Below, piece by piece: positions 45,850-55,617 of a stretch of DNA of 64,000 nucleotides (positions are counted from its first letter, which is position 1; each line of letters starts with the position of its first letter). Location: contig JAFWGF010000041.1 in the NCBI GenBank assembly GCA_017512495.1, positions 5,773 through 69,772 on the forward strand, in the 5' to 3' direction. Below the pieces are notes generated by a model. The model worked only from the letters and a program-made list of their open reading frames with translations. It did no database searches and had not been told where the DNA came from. This DNA is from Bacilli bacterium (GTDB lineage Bacteria > Bacillota_I > Bacilli_A > RF39 > UBA660). The translations under genes were made by a program, and so were the position numbers.

Positions 45850-46620
45850 ATGGAAAGTAAGATAGTAATATTTGAAAGTAATAAATTAGATGGTAAAATG
45901 TCTAAGAATCCTAAGTTTTATAACAAAGAAGTCAGCGAAAAAGAAAGATATGAAAGATTTCATAAAGACCGATTAAATTTAGGTAAAAAACTAGGAATAG
46001 ATGGTAATCATATTTTTAGATCTAGACAAAAGGGATTAAGTAAAGTAAATTATCCTGATGGTAAGTATATTTTAATAGATGATTCTTATATGACTAAAGA
46101 AGATTACTTTTATGAGGATTTACCAGCAGATATTTTAGTTATATCTAGTAAATATCCTAAAGTAGCAATAGCTAATCCAATGGCTGATTGTCCAGTACTT
46201 ATATGTGAAGATAGAAGAAAAGGATATACAGCTTTATCTCATTGTGGAGCAGTATATATTGATAGAAAATTACCAATAGATACCATAAAAGCCTTATTTG
46301 ATAGCTGTAACAGTGATGTAGAAGACATATATGTATATATAGGAAGTAGTATAAAAAAAGAATCATATGTCTATGATTCATATCCTAAATGGGCTAAATC
46401 TAAAGAAGTGTGGGATAATTATATTTTAAAAGAAGAAAATAATTACTATATAGATTTAGTAGGAGCAATATTAAAACAATTAAAAGATATTGGTATAAAA
46501 CATATTCAAGTATCTCCAATTAATACTGTTACTGATCCTAATTACTATTCCCATGTAGAAGAAGTAAAAGGAAAACAAACTGATGGAGGACAAAACTTAG
46601 TAGGTTTCTATTATAAATAA
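45850..46620 (+). CDS. DUF152/YfiH (PgeF-like) family protein
   Basis: ADILVISS...PMADCPVLICED...ALSHCGAVY...YYSH resembles the His-Cys-His arrangement of the purine nucleoside phosphorylase/laccase-domain family. I take the start at ATG 45850. Confidence 0.55.
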   Translation: MESKIVIFESNKLDGKMSKNPKFYNKEVSEKERYERFHKDRLNLGKKLGIDGNHIFRSRQKGLSKVNYPDGKYILIDDSYMTKEDYFYEDLPADILVISSKYPKVAIANPMADCPVLICEDRRKGYTALSHCGAVYIDRKLPIDTIKALFDSCNSDVEDIYVYIGSSIKKESYVYDSYPKWAKSKEVWDNYILKEENNYYIDLVGAILKQLKDIGIKHIQVSPINTVTDPNYYSHVEEVKGKQTDGGQNLVGFYYK

Positions 46621-46647
46621 AAAAGAGCATTGCTCTTTTATTTTTTT
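46621..46647. terminator. Bidirectional terminator between convergent genes
   Basis: AAAAGAGCA-t-TGCTCTTTT is flanked by A-runs and T-runs. Confidence 0.6.
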
Positions 46648-47408
46648 GTTACTTTATAATCATTTTCCAATGGTTTAACTGCTGCATTATAAGCTTCATC
46701 TAAACTACTATAACCATATACCCATGAATCTTGTTCAGGAGTGAAATAATACTTAGGAGCATCTATATTAGCAGAACTAAATGCTATATTGTTTTCTTTA
46801 ACATTTTCATAGATAAGAGGGATATATACAGTATATGTATTTTCTTGATGAAAGAAGTCATGATAAGTACCTGATACAATAGCAATAATCTTATTTGAAT
46901 TGTCTTTATATGCTACATAAACAGATTCTCTTTGAAGTTTTGAATTAAGTGAATAAGAATGATTTGTATCACTTTTTCCTTCTCCAGTATGAACAACCTT
47001 TACAGTAGCATCATTCATAATATGATCATAATCTTCATTTGTTAAGTCATTAACATCTTTTATTATTTCTTTCTTATTAACAATACTAGATCCTGATTCT
47101 TTCATAGAATTACTATGATCTTTAAATCCAAAGAATATCATTCCAAAGATAAAACAAAATATTACCAAAGCAATAACAAAGGTTATAATATAACTTCCTA
47201 AAAAAAATGTGGAAAAAGCTTTAAGAGGACCTTTCAACTCATTTAAATTAAATTGTTCAGCTAAATCATTAACATCTAAAGAATTATCTCTTTCTATTTC
47301 AAAAGCTCTATGACAATACTCACATTTACAAGATTTAGCAGTTTCATCAAATTCTAAACTAGCTCCACAATTAGGACATTTTTTTTCTATTAATTTCACT
47401 TTCATCAC
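46638..47408 (-). CDS. Hypothetical zinc-ribbon membrane protein
   Basis: N-terminal CPNCG...CKCEYC zinc ribbon, one TM segment (FFLGSYIITFVIALVIFCFIFGMIFFGF), and a ~150-aa extracytoplasmic domain. I recognise no family. Confidence 0.5.
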   Translation of the reverse strand: MMKVKLIEKKCPNCGASLEFDETAKSCKCEYCHRAFEIERDNSLDVNDLAEQFNLNELKGPLKAFSTFFLGSYIITFVIALVIFCFIFGMIFFGFKDHSNSMKESGSSIVNKKEIIKDVNDLTNEDYDHIMNDATVKVVHTGEGKSDTNHSYSLNSKLQRESVYVAYKDNSNKIIAIVSGTYHDFFHQENTYTVYIPLIYENVKENNIAFSSANIDAPKYYFTPEQDSWVYGYSSLDEAYNAAVKPLENDYKVTKK

Positions 47409-47444
47409 CTTAACTGAATTATATCATTAAATGATAGATAAAAC

Positions 47445-47473
47445 TAGACAATTTTAAATATTATTGTTATAAT
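47445..47473 (+). promoter_or_regulatory. Sigma-A type promoter of the rpsF-ssb-rpsR operon
   Basis: -35 TAGACA (47445-47450), a 17-nt spacer, and an extended -10 TGTTATAAT (47465-47473). Confidence 0.6.
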
Positions 47474-47540
47474 ACATACGAGTATTTTAAATACTCCTTG
47501 CTATCGTTGATAGCCGATTAGTCCAAAAGGAGGTGCAAGA

Positions 47541-47828
47541 ATGAATAAATATGAAATTATGTTCATTGTAAGACCAGATATGGAGGAAGCTGAAATTAAG
47601 AATACAGCTGAAAGTATGAAAAAGGTCTTAACAGATGCTAAAGCAAAGGTTTTAGATGAAAAAGCAATGGGACAAAAAGAATTAGCTTATGAAATTAATA
47701 AGTATACTACTGGATATTATTATTTATTAGTAGTAGAAGCTTCTAAAGAAGCAGAGCAAGAATTTAATCGTGTTGCTAGAATCAATGAAAATCTACTTCG
47801 TCATTTAATCGTTAAAGTAGAAGAATAA
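47541..47828 (+). CDS. rpsF: 30S ribosomal protein S6
   Basis: MNKYEIMFIVRPD...; 95 aa; first gene of the rpsF-ssb-rpsR operon. Confidence 0.95.
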   Translation: MNKYEIMFIVRPDMEEAEIKNTAESMKKVLTDAKAKVLDEKAMGQKELAYEINKYTTGYYYLLVVEASKEAEQEFNRVARINENLLRHLIVKVEE

Positions 47829-47847
47829 TAAATAAAGAGGTAAAGTT

Positions 47848-48318
47848 ATGAATAAAGTATTTTTAATAGGAAGATTAACTAGAGATCCAGAATTGAGATA
47901 TACAGGTAATAATACTCCTGTTGCAAGTTTTTCTCTTGCAGTAAATAGAAATTTTACTAATCAACAAGGAGAAAGAGAAGCTGATTTCTTCAATATTACT
48001 GTTTGGAGAAAACAAGCTGAAAATGTTAAAAATTATCTAAGCCAAGGTAGTCAAGTAGCTGTAGAAGGAAGACTTCAAACAAGAAGTTATGATGACAAAG
48101 ATGGTCAAAAGAGATATGTAACAGAAGTAGTAGCTGATAATGTTGAATTTTTAGGATCAAAGAATTCCTCAAATAATAGTTCAAATGGATCACGTAATGA
48201 TGAACCTACACCATATGACTTTGGTGATAAAGAACCAAAAGGCACTGATGTAGATAGTAATCCATTTGCAGATTTTGGTTCAAGTATCGAAATCAGTGAT
48301 GATGAATTACCATTCTAA
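47848..48318 (+). CDS. ssb: Single-stranded DNA-binding protein
   Basis: [21 protein letters not shown]-fold start and the acidic tail ...DDELPF. Confidence 0.95.
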   Translation: MNKVFLIGRLTRDPELRYTGNNTPVASFSLAVNRNFTNQQGEREADFFNITVWRKQAENVKNYLSQGSQVAVEGRLQTRSYDDKDGQKRYVTEVVADNVEFLGSKNSSNNSSNGSRNDEPTPYDFGDKEPKGTDVDSNPFADFGSSIEISDDELPF

Positions 48319-48332
48319 AAAGGAGGGAAATT

Positions 48333-48548
48333 ATGGCAGAATTCAATCGTAAAAAGAAAAAAGTATGTGCAATGTGTACTGGAAAAACAGTTGATTATAA
48401 AGATCCAGAAACATTAAAGAGATATACAAACGAAAAAGGAAAAATCGTTCCAAGACGTGTTACAGGAAACTGTGCTTTACATCAAAGATATATTTCTAAG
48501 CAAATCAAAAGAGCACGTGCAATTGCATTAATGCCTTATTCAAGATAA
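48333..48548 (+). CDS. rpsR: 30S ribosomal protein S18
   Basis: 71 aa. ...[49 protein letters not shown]. Confidence 0.95.
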   Translation: MAEFNRKKKKVCAMCTGKTVDYKDPETLKRYTNEKGKIVPRRVTGNCALHQRYISKQIKRARAIALMPYSR

Positions 48549-48573
48549 AATCAAGTATTTTATCTTTTTTTTT
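48543..48573 (+). terminator. Rho-independent terminator after rpsR
   Basis: AGATAAAA-tcaagta-TTTTATCT followed by a T-run; the stem is AT-rich. Confidence 0.45.
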
Positions 48574-48635
48574 ATTAAAAAACATTGAAAAAACTTGCAT
48601 GAATTAGTATACTTTATTATATAGGAGAGTATAGT

Positions 48636-49643
48636 ATGAGTAAGAAAAAGAGAACTATAACTATGGTAGTGGTACTACTATTAGTTTTATTATTAGGAAT
48701 AAGTGTAGGATATGCTTTTCTACAAAGTACGTTAAGTATATCAGGATCATCAGCTATTAATAATTCTACATGGGATATTCATTGGAATAATGTTCAAATT
48801 ACAGATGGAAGTATAGGTGGGGCATTGGTTACAAAAAATGCAACAATCGATTCTTCTAGAACAACAGTAGATTATCAAATAAAATTAAATCAACCTGGAG
48901 ATTTCTATGAATTTACAGTAGATGCAGTAAATTCAGGAACTATTGATGGTATGGTTGGTTCAGTAGTTTCAAAGGTAAATGGATCAGAAATAACTGCATT
49001 GCCAAGCGCATTACAGTACTCTGTAAAATATGCTGATGGATTACCTATTAATCCAAAACAAAAGCTTGTTGCAGGGGCAACTGAAACATATAAAGTAAGA
49101 GTAGAGTTTAAAAGAGATATAGAACCATCTCAATTACCAAGTACAGAGGAAATATATAATTTGAATTTCTCAGTAGCTTATCAACAAGCTGATTCAACTG
49201 CAGTAGATATCAGAGATTATGTATATCGCTCTGGTACAGAAGTAGTAAATTTTGGATCTCCTTCATCAGCATTAGGAGCAACTTATACCAATGCTGAAGA
49301 TATGATAAGTAATACTGGAAAAACAGTATTCTTAAGACATAAGATTAAAAATGGAGTAATTACTGTTTCAGAAGTAGGATTTATTTATGAAGGTAACGAA
49401 TACTACCTAATTGGAGGTGTAAATGAATCTTCAGATGAGCAGAAGCCAATATTTACAGCAAATGTAGAAACTATGAATTCAACAACAGCAGTTACTTGTA
49501 ACGCAGGAGCTACTAATCGATGCATGTTTAGTAGAAATGGAGTCAGTGCTTTTGCAACTAATGTTGGTCAAGTATATGCATTTAATAATGACTGGCGTTG
49601 TGATGTTCTAACTGATGGAACAGCATCTTGTAGGTCAAGATAA
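48636..49643 (+). CDS. Hypothetical secreted protein, paralog of the N-terminal domain of 42978..44678
   Basis: 335 aa. Signal/anchor VVVLLLVLLLGISVGYAFLQSTLSISGSSA, the shared domain (WDIHWNNVQI..., GDFYEFTVDAVNSGTIDGM, ATETYKVRVEF), and a distinct Cys-containing C-terminal domain. Confidence 0.6.
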   Translation: MSKKKRTITMVVVLLLVLLLGISVGYAFLQSTLSISGSSAINNSTWDIHWNNVQITDGSIGGALVTKNATIDSSRTTVDYQIKLNQPGDFYEFTVDAVNSGTIDGMVGSVVSKVNGSEITALPSALQYSVKYADGLPINPKQKLVAGATETYKVRVEFKRDIEPSQLPSTEEIYNLNFSVAYQQADSTAVDIRDYVYRSGTEVVNFGSPSSALGATYTNAEDMISNTGKTVFLRHKIKNGVITVSEVGFIYEGNEYYLIGGVNESSDEQKPIFTANVETMNSTTAVTCNAGATNRCMFSRNGVSAFATNVGQVYAFNNDWRCDVLTDGTASCRSR

Positions 49644-49654
49644 TAATGAAAATA

Positions 49655-49686
49655 AAATACTAGAAGAGGGTTCTAGTATTTTTTTC
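49655..49686 (+). terminator. Rho-independent terminator after the 335-aa gene
   Basis: AATACTAGAA-gaggg-TTCTAGTATT followed by TTTTT. Confidence 0.65.
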
Positions 49687-49747
49687 TTTTATTAGACAAA
49701 TATAGTAATATATTATATAATAATAGTAAGTTCTTATAGGAGGAATT

Positions 49748-50734
49748 ATGAGTATAATTAATGAAAGAAGAAAGATAAATAAAGCGATAAGTAAAGCCAA
49801 AAATGTATTTTTAATGGCTCATAAAAACCTAGATTTAGATGCTCTAGGAAGTTCTATTGGAATGTATATGGTTTTAAAACGTCGCAAAAAGAAATGTTAT
49901 ATAATAATTGATGATAAAGTTCATGAACCTGGAGTAGAAAAGGTATTAAGAGAATTAGATGGCGTAATAGAAGTAATAAAGAGTGAAGATATTGATGAAT
50001 ATCTATATCCTAATGAAAATAAGAATTTATTAATAATATTAGATACAAATAAATCAGAATTAGTTCAAAATCCTGAAATGTTGAAGAAATTTGATAATAA
50101 ATTAGTAATAGATCATCATGATTTAGGAAAAACATCTATTAAAGATTGTATTATGATTAATGATAATAAAGTATCTAGTACTTGTGAAATGATTACTAAT
50201 CTAATTGAATATTATGATGTTGAAATAGATTCATATTATGCAACTATTTTACTATCAGGAATAGTATTGGATACTAATAACTACACATTAAATACTACAG
50301 CAGAAACATTTTATACATCATACTATTTGACTTCATTAGGAGCAAGCGCTAAGAAAGTTCAATATTTATTGAAACAGGATATTGAAGAGTATACAGAGCG
50401 TCAAAAGCTAATGGCTGGAATTGAAACATTAGAAGGGAATGTAGCTTTTACTAAGGCTACACAAAATACTATTTATCGAAGAGAAGATTTAGCTAAAGTA
50501 GCAGAAACGTTATTATTCTTTAATAATATAGAAGCTTCATTTGTAGTAGGAAGAATAGGAAAAGATGTAATAGGGGTTAGTGCAAGAAGTTTAGGTAATT
50601 ATGATATTGAAAAAATACTAATTAAACTAGGCGGCGGTGGCGATACATTCAGTGGAGCTGCAAAGTTTGAAGGAAGTACAGTTAATAAAGTAGCTCAAGA
50701 ACTAAAAGCATTAATAAAAGAAGAAGGCGAATAA
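49748..50734 (+). CDS. DHH/DHHA1 family phosphoesterase (catalytic module only, GdpP-like position)
   Basis: [17 protein letters not shown] and GGGGD..SGAAKF motifs. 328 aa with no TM, PAS or GGDEF-like N-terminal region. It lies immediately upstream of rplI. Confidence 0.75.
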   Translation: MSIINERRKINKAISKAKNVFLMAHKNLDLDALGSSIGMYMVLKRRKKKCYIIIDDKVHEPGVEKVLRELDGVIEVIKSEDIDEYLYPNENKNLLIILDTNKSELVQNPEMLKKFDNKLVIDHHDLGKTSIKDCIMINDNKVSSTCEMITNLIEYYDVEIDSYYATILLSGIVLDTNNYTLNTTAETFYTSYYLTSLGASAKKVQYLLKQDIEEYTERQKLMAGIETLEGNVAFTKATQNTIYRREDLAKVAETLLFFNNIEASFVVGRIGKDVIGVSARSLGNYDIEKILIKLGGGGDTFSGAAKFEGSTVNKVAQELKALIKEEGE

Positions 50735-50735
50735 A

Positions 50736-51176
50736 ATGGAAGTTATTTTTATTAAAGACTTAAAAAATCAAGGTAAAAAAGGTCAAATTAAAAATGTAAA
50801 AGATGGCTATGCAGAAAACTTTTTAATAAAGAATGGTTATGCCGTAAAAAAAACAAAAGAGAATTTATCTAAATTAGAACATGAAAAAGCTAAAAAAGCA
50901 AAAGAGGATGAAATAAATAAGGAAAATGCTATAAAAACTAAGGAGAAGCTAGCTAAAGAAGTATTAGAATTCCAGGTTAAAACAGGTGCCGGAGATAAAG
51001 TTTTTGGAAGTATTAGTGTTAAGCAAATAAAAGATGAATTAGATAAAAAGGGATATAAAATTGAAAAGAATATGATTGATACTGATGGATCGATTAGTAC
51101 TTTAGGATTTCATAATGTAAAAATACAGCTTCATCAAGATATTCTCGCAACAGTTAAAGTACACGTAATAAAATAG
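50736..51176 (+). CDS. rplI: 50S ribosomal protein L9
   Basis: [37 protein letters not shown]...; 146 aa. Confidence 0.95.
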   Translation: MEVIFIKDLKNQGKKGQIKNVKDGYAENFLIKNGYAVKKTKENLSKLEHEKAKKAKEDEINKENAIKTKEKLAKEVLEFQVKTGAGDKVFGSISVKQIKDELDKKGYKIEKNMIDTDGSISTLGFHNVKIQLHQDILATVKVHVIK

Positions 51177-51186
51177 AGGTGATATA

Positions 51187-52554
51187 ATGCCAGCAAAGGT
51201 TTTACCGCACAATTTAGAGGCAGAACAAGCAGTTTTAGGATCTTGTTTTTTATCAAAATATGCTATTCAAAAAGCTGCTGAAAGCTTAATGCCTGAATCA
51301 TTCTATAATGAAAAGAATGGTAAGATTTTCTCTGCAATGGCAACTTTGTTGGATGAAAACACACCTATTGATATTACCACTGTAACTAGCGAATTACAAA
51401 AGAAAAATGAATTAAATGCAGTAGGTGGAGTAGAGTATTTAACAGAAATACTTAATTATGTTCCAACAGCTGCTAATGTAGATTTTTATCTTCAAGCTGT
51501 TGAAGAATCTGCAATATTAAGAAATTTAATTGAGACAGCTACTGAAATAGCTTCTGATGGATATCGTACTGATGAAACAGTTAATGAGATATTAGATAGT
51601 TCTGAAAAAAAGATTTTAAATATAGTTAAAAAGAGAACAAGTGGTGAATTTAGACCAATCAAAGATGTAGTAGCAAAAGTTCAAGAAGACTTAGAAACTT
51701 TATCAGAACAAAAAGGAGAAATAACAGGATTAGCTACTGGTTGGTATGATTTTGATAGAATTACAACAGGATTACATGAAAATGAGTTAATTATTTTAGC
51801 AGCTAGACCTGCTGTTGGAAAAACAGCCTTTGCACTAAATATTGCTACTCATGTAGCTATGTCACAAGATAAAACAGTTGCTTTGTTCAACTTAGAGATG
51901 AGTGCTGAACAATTAGCAATGCGTATTTTATCTTCGTTAGGACAAATAGATGGATTTAAGCTTAGAACAGGTAAATTGCTAAATCAAGATTGGAAGAGAC
52001 TTAATGAAGCAGCAACACAACTTTCAACTTCTAATTTAGTAATAGAAGATACAGCAGGTATAACAATCGGTGAATTAAGGGCTAAATGTAGAAGATTAGC
52101 TAGTAGTGAAAAAGGATTAGCTCTAATAGTAATCGATTATCTACAATTATTATCTGGAGGAAAAAATTATGGATCTAACAGACAACAAGAAGTATCAGAT
52201 ATTTCCAGAAGTTTAAAAACATTAGCACTAGAATTAGGAGTACCAATACTAGCTCTTTCTCAATTATCTCGTGGTGTAGATCAAAGAGAAGATAAGAGAC
52301 CGGTATTAAGTGACTTAAGAGATTCTGGTTCAATTGAACAAGATGCAGATATAGTAACATTCTTATATCGTGATGACTATTATAAAAGATCAGATATTAA
52401 TGATAATGATGATAATAGTATTATTGAAGTTAATATAGCTAAGCATCGTAGTGGACCAACTGCTAAAATTGAATTGTTATTTAAGAAGAACACATCTACC
52501 TTCTTAAATTTAAGAAAAGATATGAAAAATATGGAGGAAAAGTCAAGTGAGTAA
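51187..52554 (+). CDS. dnaB: Replicative DNA helicase (DnaB family; called DnaC in B. subtilis)
   Basis: LPHNLEAEQAVLGS, Walker A ARPAVGKTAFALN, IDYLQLL, and SQLSRGVDQREDKRPVLSDLRDSGSIEQDAD. Confidence 0.95.
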   Translation: MPAKVLPHNLEAEQAVLGSCFLSKYAIQKAAESLMPESFYNEKNGKIFSAMATLLDENTPIDITTVTSELQKKNELNAVGGVEYLTEILNYVPTAANVDFYLQAVEESAILRNLIETATEIASDGYRTDETVNEILDSSEKKILNIVKKRTSGEFRPIKDVVAKVQEDLETLSEQKGEITGLATGWYDFDRITTGLHENELIILAARPAVGKTAFALNIATHVAMSQDKTVALFNLEMSAEQLAMRILSSLGQIDGFKLRTGKLLNQDWKRLNEAATQLSTSNLVIEDTAGITIGELRAKCRRLASSEKGLALIVIDYLQLLSGGKNYGSNRQQEVSDISRSLKTLALELGVPILALSQLSRGVDQREDKRPVLSDLRDSGSIEQDADIVTFLYRDDYYKRSDINDNDDNSIIEVNIAKHRSGPTAKIELLFKKNTSTFLNLRKDMKNMEEKSSE

Positions 52555-54049
52555 AAATATTAAAATTATAATGACAATACTTTTATTATTTTCACTAGTA
52601 TTTACGACAGGATTTACAAATATTAATAATGAACCTCAAACAGTATACAGAGTTTATTTGAAAGGAAAATCTTTAGGTATAATAAAATCTAAAAAATCAT
52701 TTGAAGAGTATATTGATAAACAACAAGAAGAAATAAAGAAAAAGTATAATGTTAATAAGGTATATGCCCCTACAGATTTAGATATAGTAAAAGAAACAAC
52801 CTTTAGTAATGAATTAAAAACAAATAAACAAATATATGATGAAATAAAAGATGTTTCACCATTTACTATCGATGGATATGTTGTTAAAATTAGAGGTTTA
52901 GATACAAAGAATGATAAAGGGACAGTTATAAAAGGAAAAGCACAAAATATATATGTATTAAAGAAAGCAATTTTTACAAATTCAATAGAAAAAACCGCTA
53001 AATCTTTTATTTCAGAAGAAGATTACAATAATTATGCTAATGGTACTCAAAATGAAATTAAGGATACTGGTAAATTAATAGAGGCAATCTATATTAAAAA
53101 TAAAATAACAATCAAGAAGGCTAAAATACCAGTAGATAAAGAAATATATGAATCAGAAGATATGCTAAGTAAATACTTATTATTTGGAACAACAGAAGAT
53201 CAAGCTAAATATATAATTCAAGATGGAGATACTATTAGTGATGTAGCATTTAATAATAAGATATCTGTAGAAGAATTCTTGATTGCTAATCCTGATTTAC
53301 AAGATGAAAATAGTTTGTTATCTCCAGGACAAGAAGTAACTTTAGGTATTTTAAGACCACAATTTAGTTTAGTTGAAGAAGATCATGTAGTGAAAAGAGA
53401 ACAAAAACAATATACTACAGAAACTAGATATGATAATGATCAATTAGTTGGTTATGAAAAGGTACTTCAACCGGGAGTTGCCGGAGAAAATAAAGTAACT
53501 CAAAAGGTTCAAAAGATTAATGGTGAAACAGTAAATGCTGTTACTACCGCAACAGAAATTATTAAAGAACCTATAACTGAAATTGTCGTAAAAGGTGGTA
53601 AAAAATCATATTATTCTGAATACTATGGTGGAGGATACGGAACTGTAATCGCAACTAGAGGTCAATGGGGATGGCCAGCTTCATGTTCAAGTATCTCAAG
53701 TCCATTTGGTTGGCGTTGGGGAGTTCTACATGATGGAACTGATATTAATGGTTGTGGTTATGGATCTAACATTTTCGCAGCTCAATCAGGAACAGTAGTA
53801 GCATCTTCTTCCAAATATGATAATGGACAATATATTATTATTGATCACCATAATGGATATTATTCAATGTATGCTCATTTATGTAACGGATGTCGTTATG
53901 TAAAAGAAGGAGACTATGTTGAAAAAGGACAAGTTATTGGTGGAATGGGTCAAACTGGATTCGCAACAGGAGTTCACTTACATTTCGCTATTTGGCAAGG
54001 TTATCCATATCGTGGAGGAGTAGCACTAAATGCAATGCAATTCTATTAA
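52547..54049 (+). CDS. Secreted M23 family metallopeptidase with LysM and G5 domains
   Basis: GTG start and a signal/anchor. LysM (YIIQDGDTISDVAFNNKISVEEFLIANPDL), a G5-like block (TETRYDNDQLVGYEKVLQPGVAGENKVTQKV), and M23 motifs (HDGTDING, HLHFAI). Confidence 0.8.
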   Translation: MSKNIKIIMTILLLFSLVFTTGFTNINNEPQTVYRVYLKGKSLGIIKSKKSFEEYIDKQQEEIKKKYNVNKVYAPTDLDIVKETTFSNELKTNKQIYDEIKDVSPFTIDGYVVKIRGLDTKNDKGTVIKGKAQNIYVLKKAIFTNSIEKTAKSFISEEDYNNYANGTQNEIKDTGKLIEAIYIKNKITIKKAKIPVDKEIYESEDMLSKYLLFGTTEDQAKYIIQDGDTISDVAFNNKISVEEFLIANPDLQDENSLLSPGQEVTLGILRPQFSLVEEDHVVKREQKQYTTETRYDNDQLVGYEKVLQPGVAGENKVTQKVQKINGETVNAVTTATEIIKEPITEIVVKGGKKSYYSEYYGGGYGTVIATRGQWGWPASCSSISSPFGWRWGVLHDGTDINGCGYGSNIFAAQSGTVVASSSKYDNGQYIIIDHHNGYYSMYAHLCNGCRYVKEGDYVEKGQVIGGMGQTGFATGVHLHFAIWQGYPYRGGVALNAMQFY

Positions 54050-54050
54050 A

Positions 54051-54806
54051 ATGAAGTTTAAAGTCCTTGCAAGTGGATCAAAGGGCAATTGCACAATTGT
54101 GTTATGTAATAATACTAATTTGATAATAGATATGGGAATTTCTTACCTAACTTTAAAAAGAAGCTTAGAAGAGAATTCCCTTTCTTTTTCTGATTTTTCA
54201 GGTGTTTTAATAACACATTGCCATAATGATCACATAAAAGGTTTAACATCACTTTTGAAACATACTAAATTAAATGTTTTTATCCCCAAGGAGATGTATG
54301 AAAGTTTAAAAGAATATGTAGAATTGGAAAGATGTATATTTGTTGATGATAAATTCAATATTAATGATGTTAGTATTGAATTAATTCATACTTCACATGA
54401 TGCTCCATATTCAGTAGGGTATATTATAGAAAACTTAGGTAAAAGCTTAGTATATGTCACTGATACAGGTTATATAAACAGGAAATATTTAAATAAGATG
54501 ATTGATAAAAGTGCTTATATAATTGAGAGTAATCATGATGAAATAATGTTAATGGATGGACCATATCCAAGATTTTTAAAAGATAGAGTTATTAGTGATG
54601 AAGGACATTTGTCAAATAAAACTACCGCCAAATATCTAAAAAAGATAATAGGTAAAAGTACAAAAAATGTTGTTTTAGCACATTTAAGTGAAAAAAACAA
54701 CACTGAAGAAAAAGCTTTAGAAGCAATGAAAGAAGAAAATATTGATAAATTAGTCACTATTACAATAGCTAAACAATATGAAGAGACTATAATGATAGAG
54801 GTATAA
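54051..54806 (+). CDS. MBL-fold metallo-hydrolase (YycJ/WalJ-like)
   Basis: MKFKVLASGSKGNCT and the HxHxDH motif (HCHNDHIKG). The start is at ATG 54051, directly after the upstream stop. Confidence 0.8.
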   Translation: MKFKVLASGSKGNCTIVLCNNTNLIIDMGISYLTLKRSLEENSLSFSDFSGVLITHCHNDHIKGLTSLLKHTKLNVFIPKEMYESLKEYVELERCIFVDDKFNINDVSIELIHTSHDAPYSVGYIIENLGKSLVYVTDTGYINRKYLNKMIDKSAYIIESNHDEIMLMDGPYPRFLKDRVISDEGHLSNKTTAKYLKKIIGKSTKNVVLAHLSEKNNTEEKALEAMKEENIDKLVTITIAKQYEETIMIEV

Positions 54807-54807
54807 T

Positions 54808-55617
54808 ATGAAAAAAATAACAATTGACGATTTACCAGAGAATAGTTTTTTTCATTTCACGCATATAAGTAATTTAGATGATATTAAAAAGAATGGTTTA
54901 AAATCCACAATAGGAGCAAATGCTGCGGGTATAGAAAATACACCAAAAGTATTTTTTAGTGTTGGAGAAAAAGGAATCATTGAAATAATGGAAGTCTGGT
55001 TAAGAATTTTAATAAATAAAATATATGGATCTAACGATATATTGAATCTTTATAAGAGTGAAAATGAAGAAGAAAAGCAAAATAGAATGAGTTCTTGGAT
55101 AGAAGAATTTATATCTCATAAGTATTTAGATGATTCTTTAAAAAAGGAATTATTATTTGAATACTTTTATAAATATTTAAAAGAAAGAGTTTATCTGGTA
55201 TTAGATATAGAAGAAGGAAAAGATTATTTGCTAGATGATCTAGATGAATATAAAGTTAGTTTGAATGAAGAGAAGAATTCTCTAGATTATTTGCTTGCTA
55301 AAGAACAATATGGACCATTTAGTAATTTTGATAGTAATCAAGTAGATAAATGGAATATGCATACAAAGATTAATACATCAATTGATAATAATAGAATAAA
55401 ACAGGTAATTACTAATGATGGAGAAGAAGATGTTTTATCAATATTAAAGCTTGTTTATAATAGAAATAGAAAATATTTTCATTCTCAACTCTTATTAGAT
55501 GATTTTATAGAATATACAAAGAAAATAGAAATGAATAAAGAAGAAGGTCGAGAATATGATCAAAATAATATCAGTAGGATTTATAAAAGAAAAGTACTTA
55601 AAAGAAGCACTTGCTGA
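54808..55617 (+). CDS. Hypothetical protein (orphan), 3' end overlaps rlmH by 62 nt
   Basis: 269-aa ORF packed 1 nt after the preceding gene. I recognise no family. The N-terminal FFHFTHISNLDDIKKNGLKS motif is only loosely reminiscent of ART-fold/DarT-like N-termini. Confidence 0.45.
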   Translation: MKKITIDDLPENSFFHFTHISNLDDIKKNGLKSTIGANAAGIENTPKVFFSVGEKGIIEIMEVWLRILINKIYGSNDILNLYKSENEEEKQNRMSSWIEEFISHKYLDDSLKKELLFEYFYKYLKERVYLVLDIEEGKDYLLDDLDEYKVSLNEEKNSLDYLLAKEQYGPFSNFDSNQVDKWNMHTKINTSIDNNRIKQVITNDGEEDVLSILKLVYNRNRKYFHSQLLLDDFIEYTKKIEMNKEEGREYDQNNISRIYKRKVLKRSTC

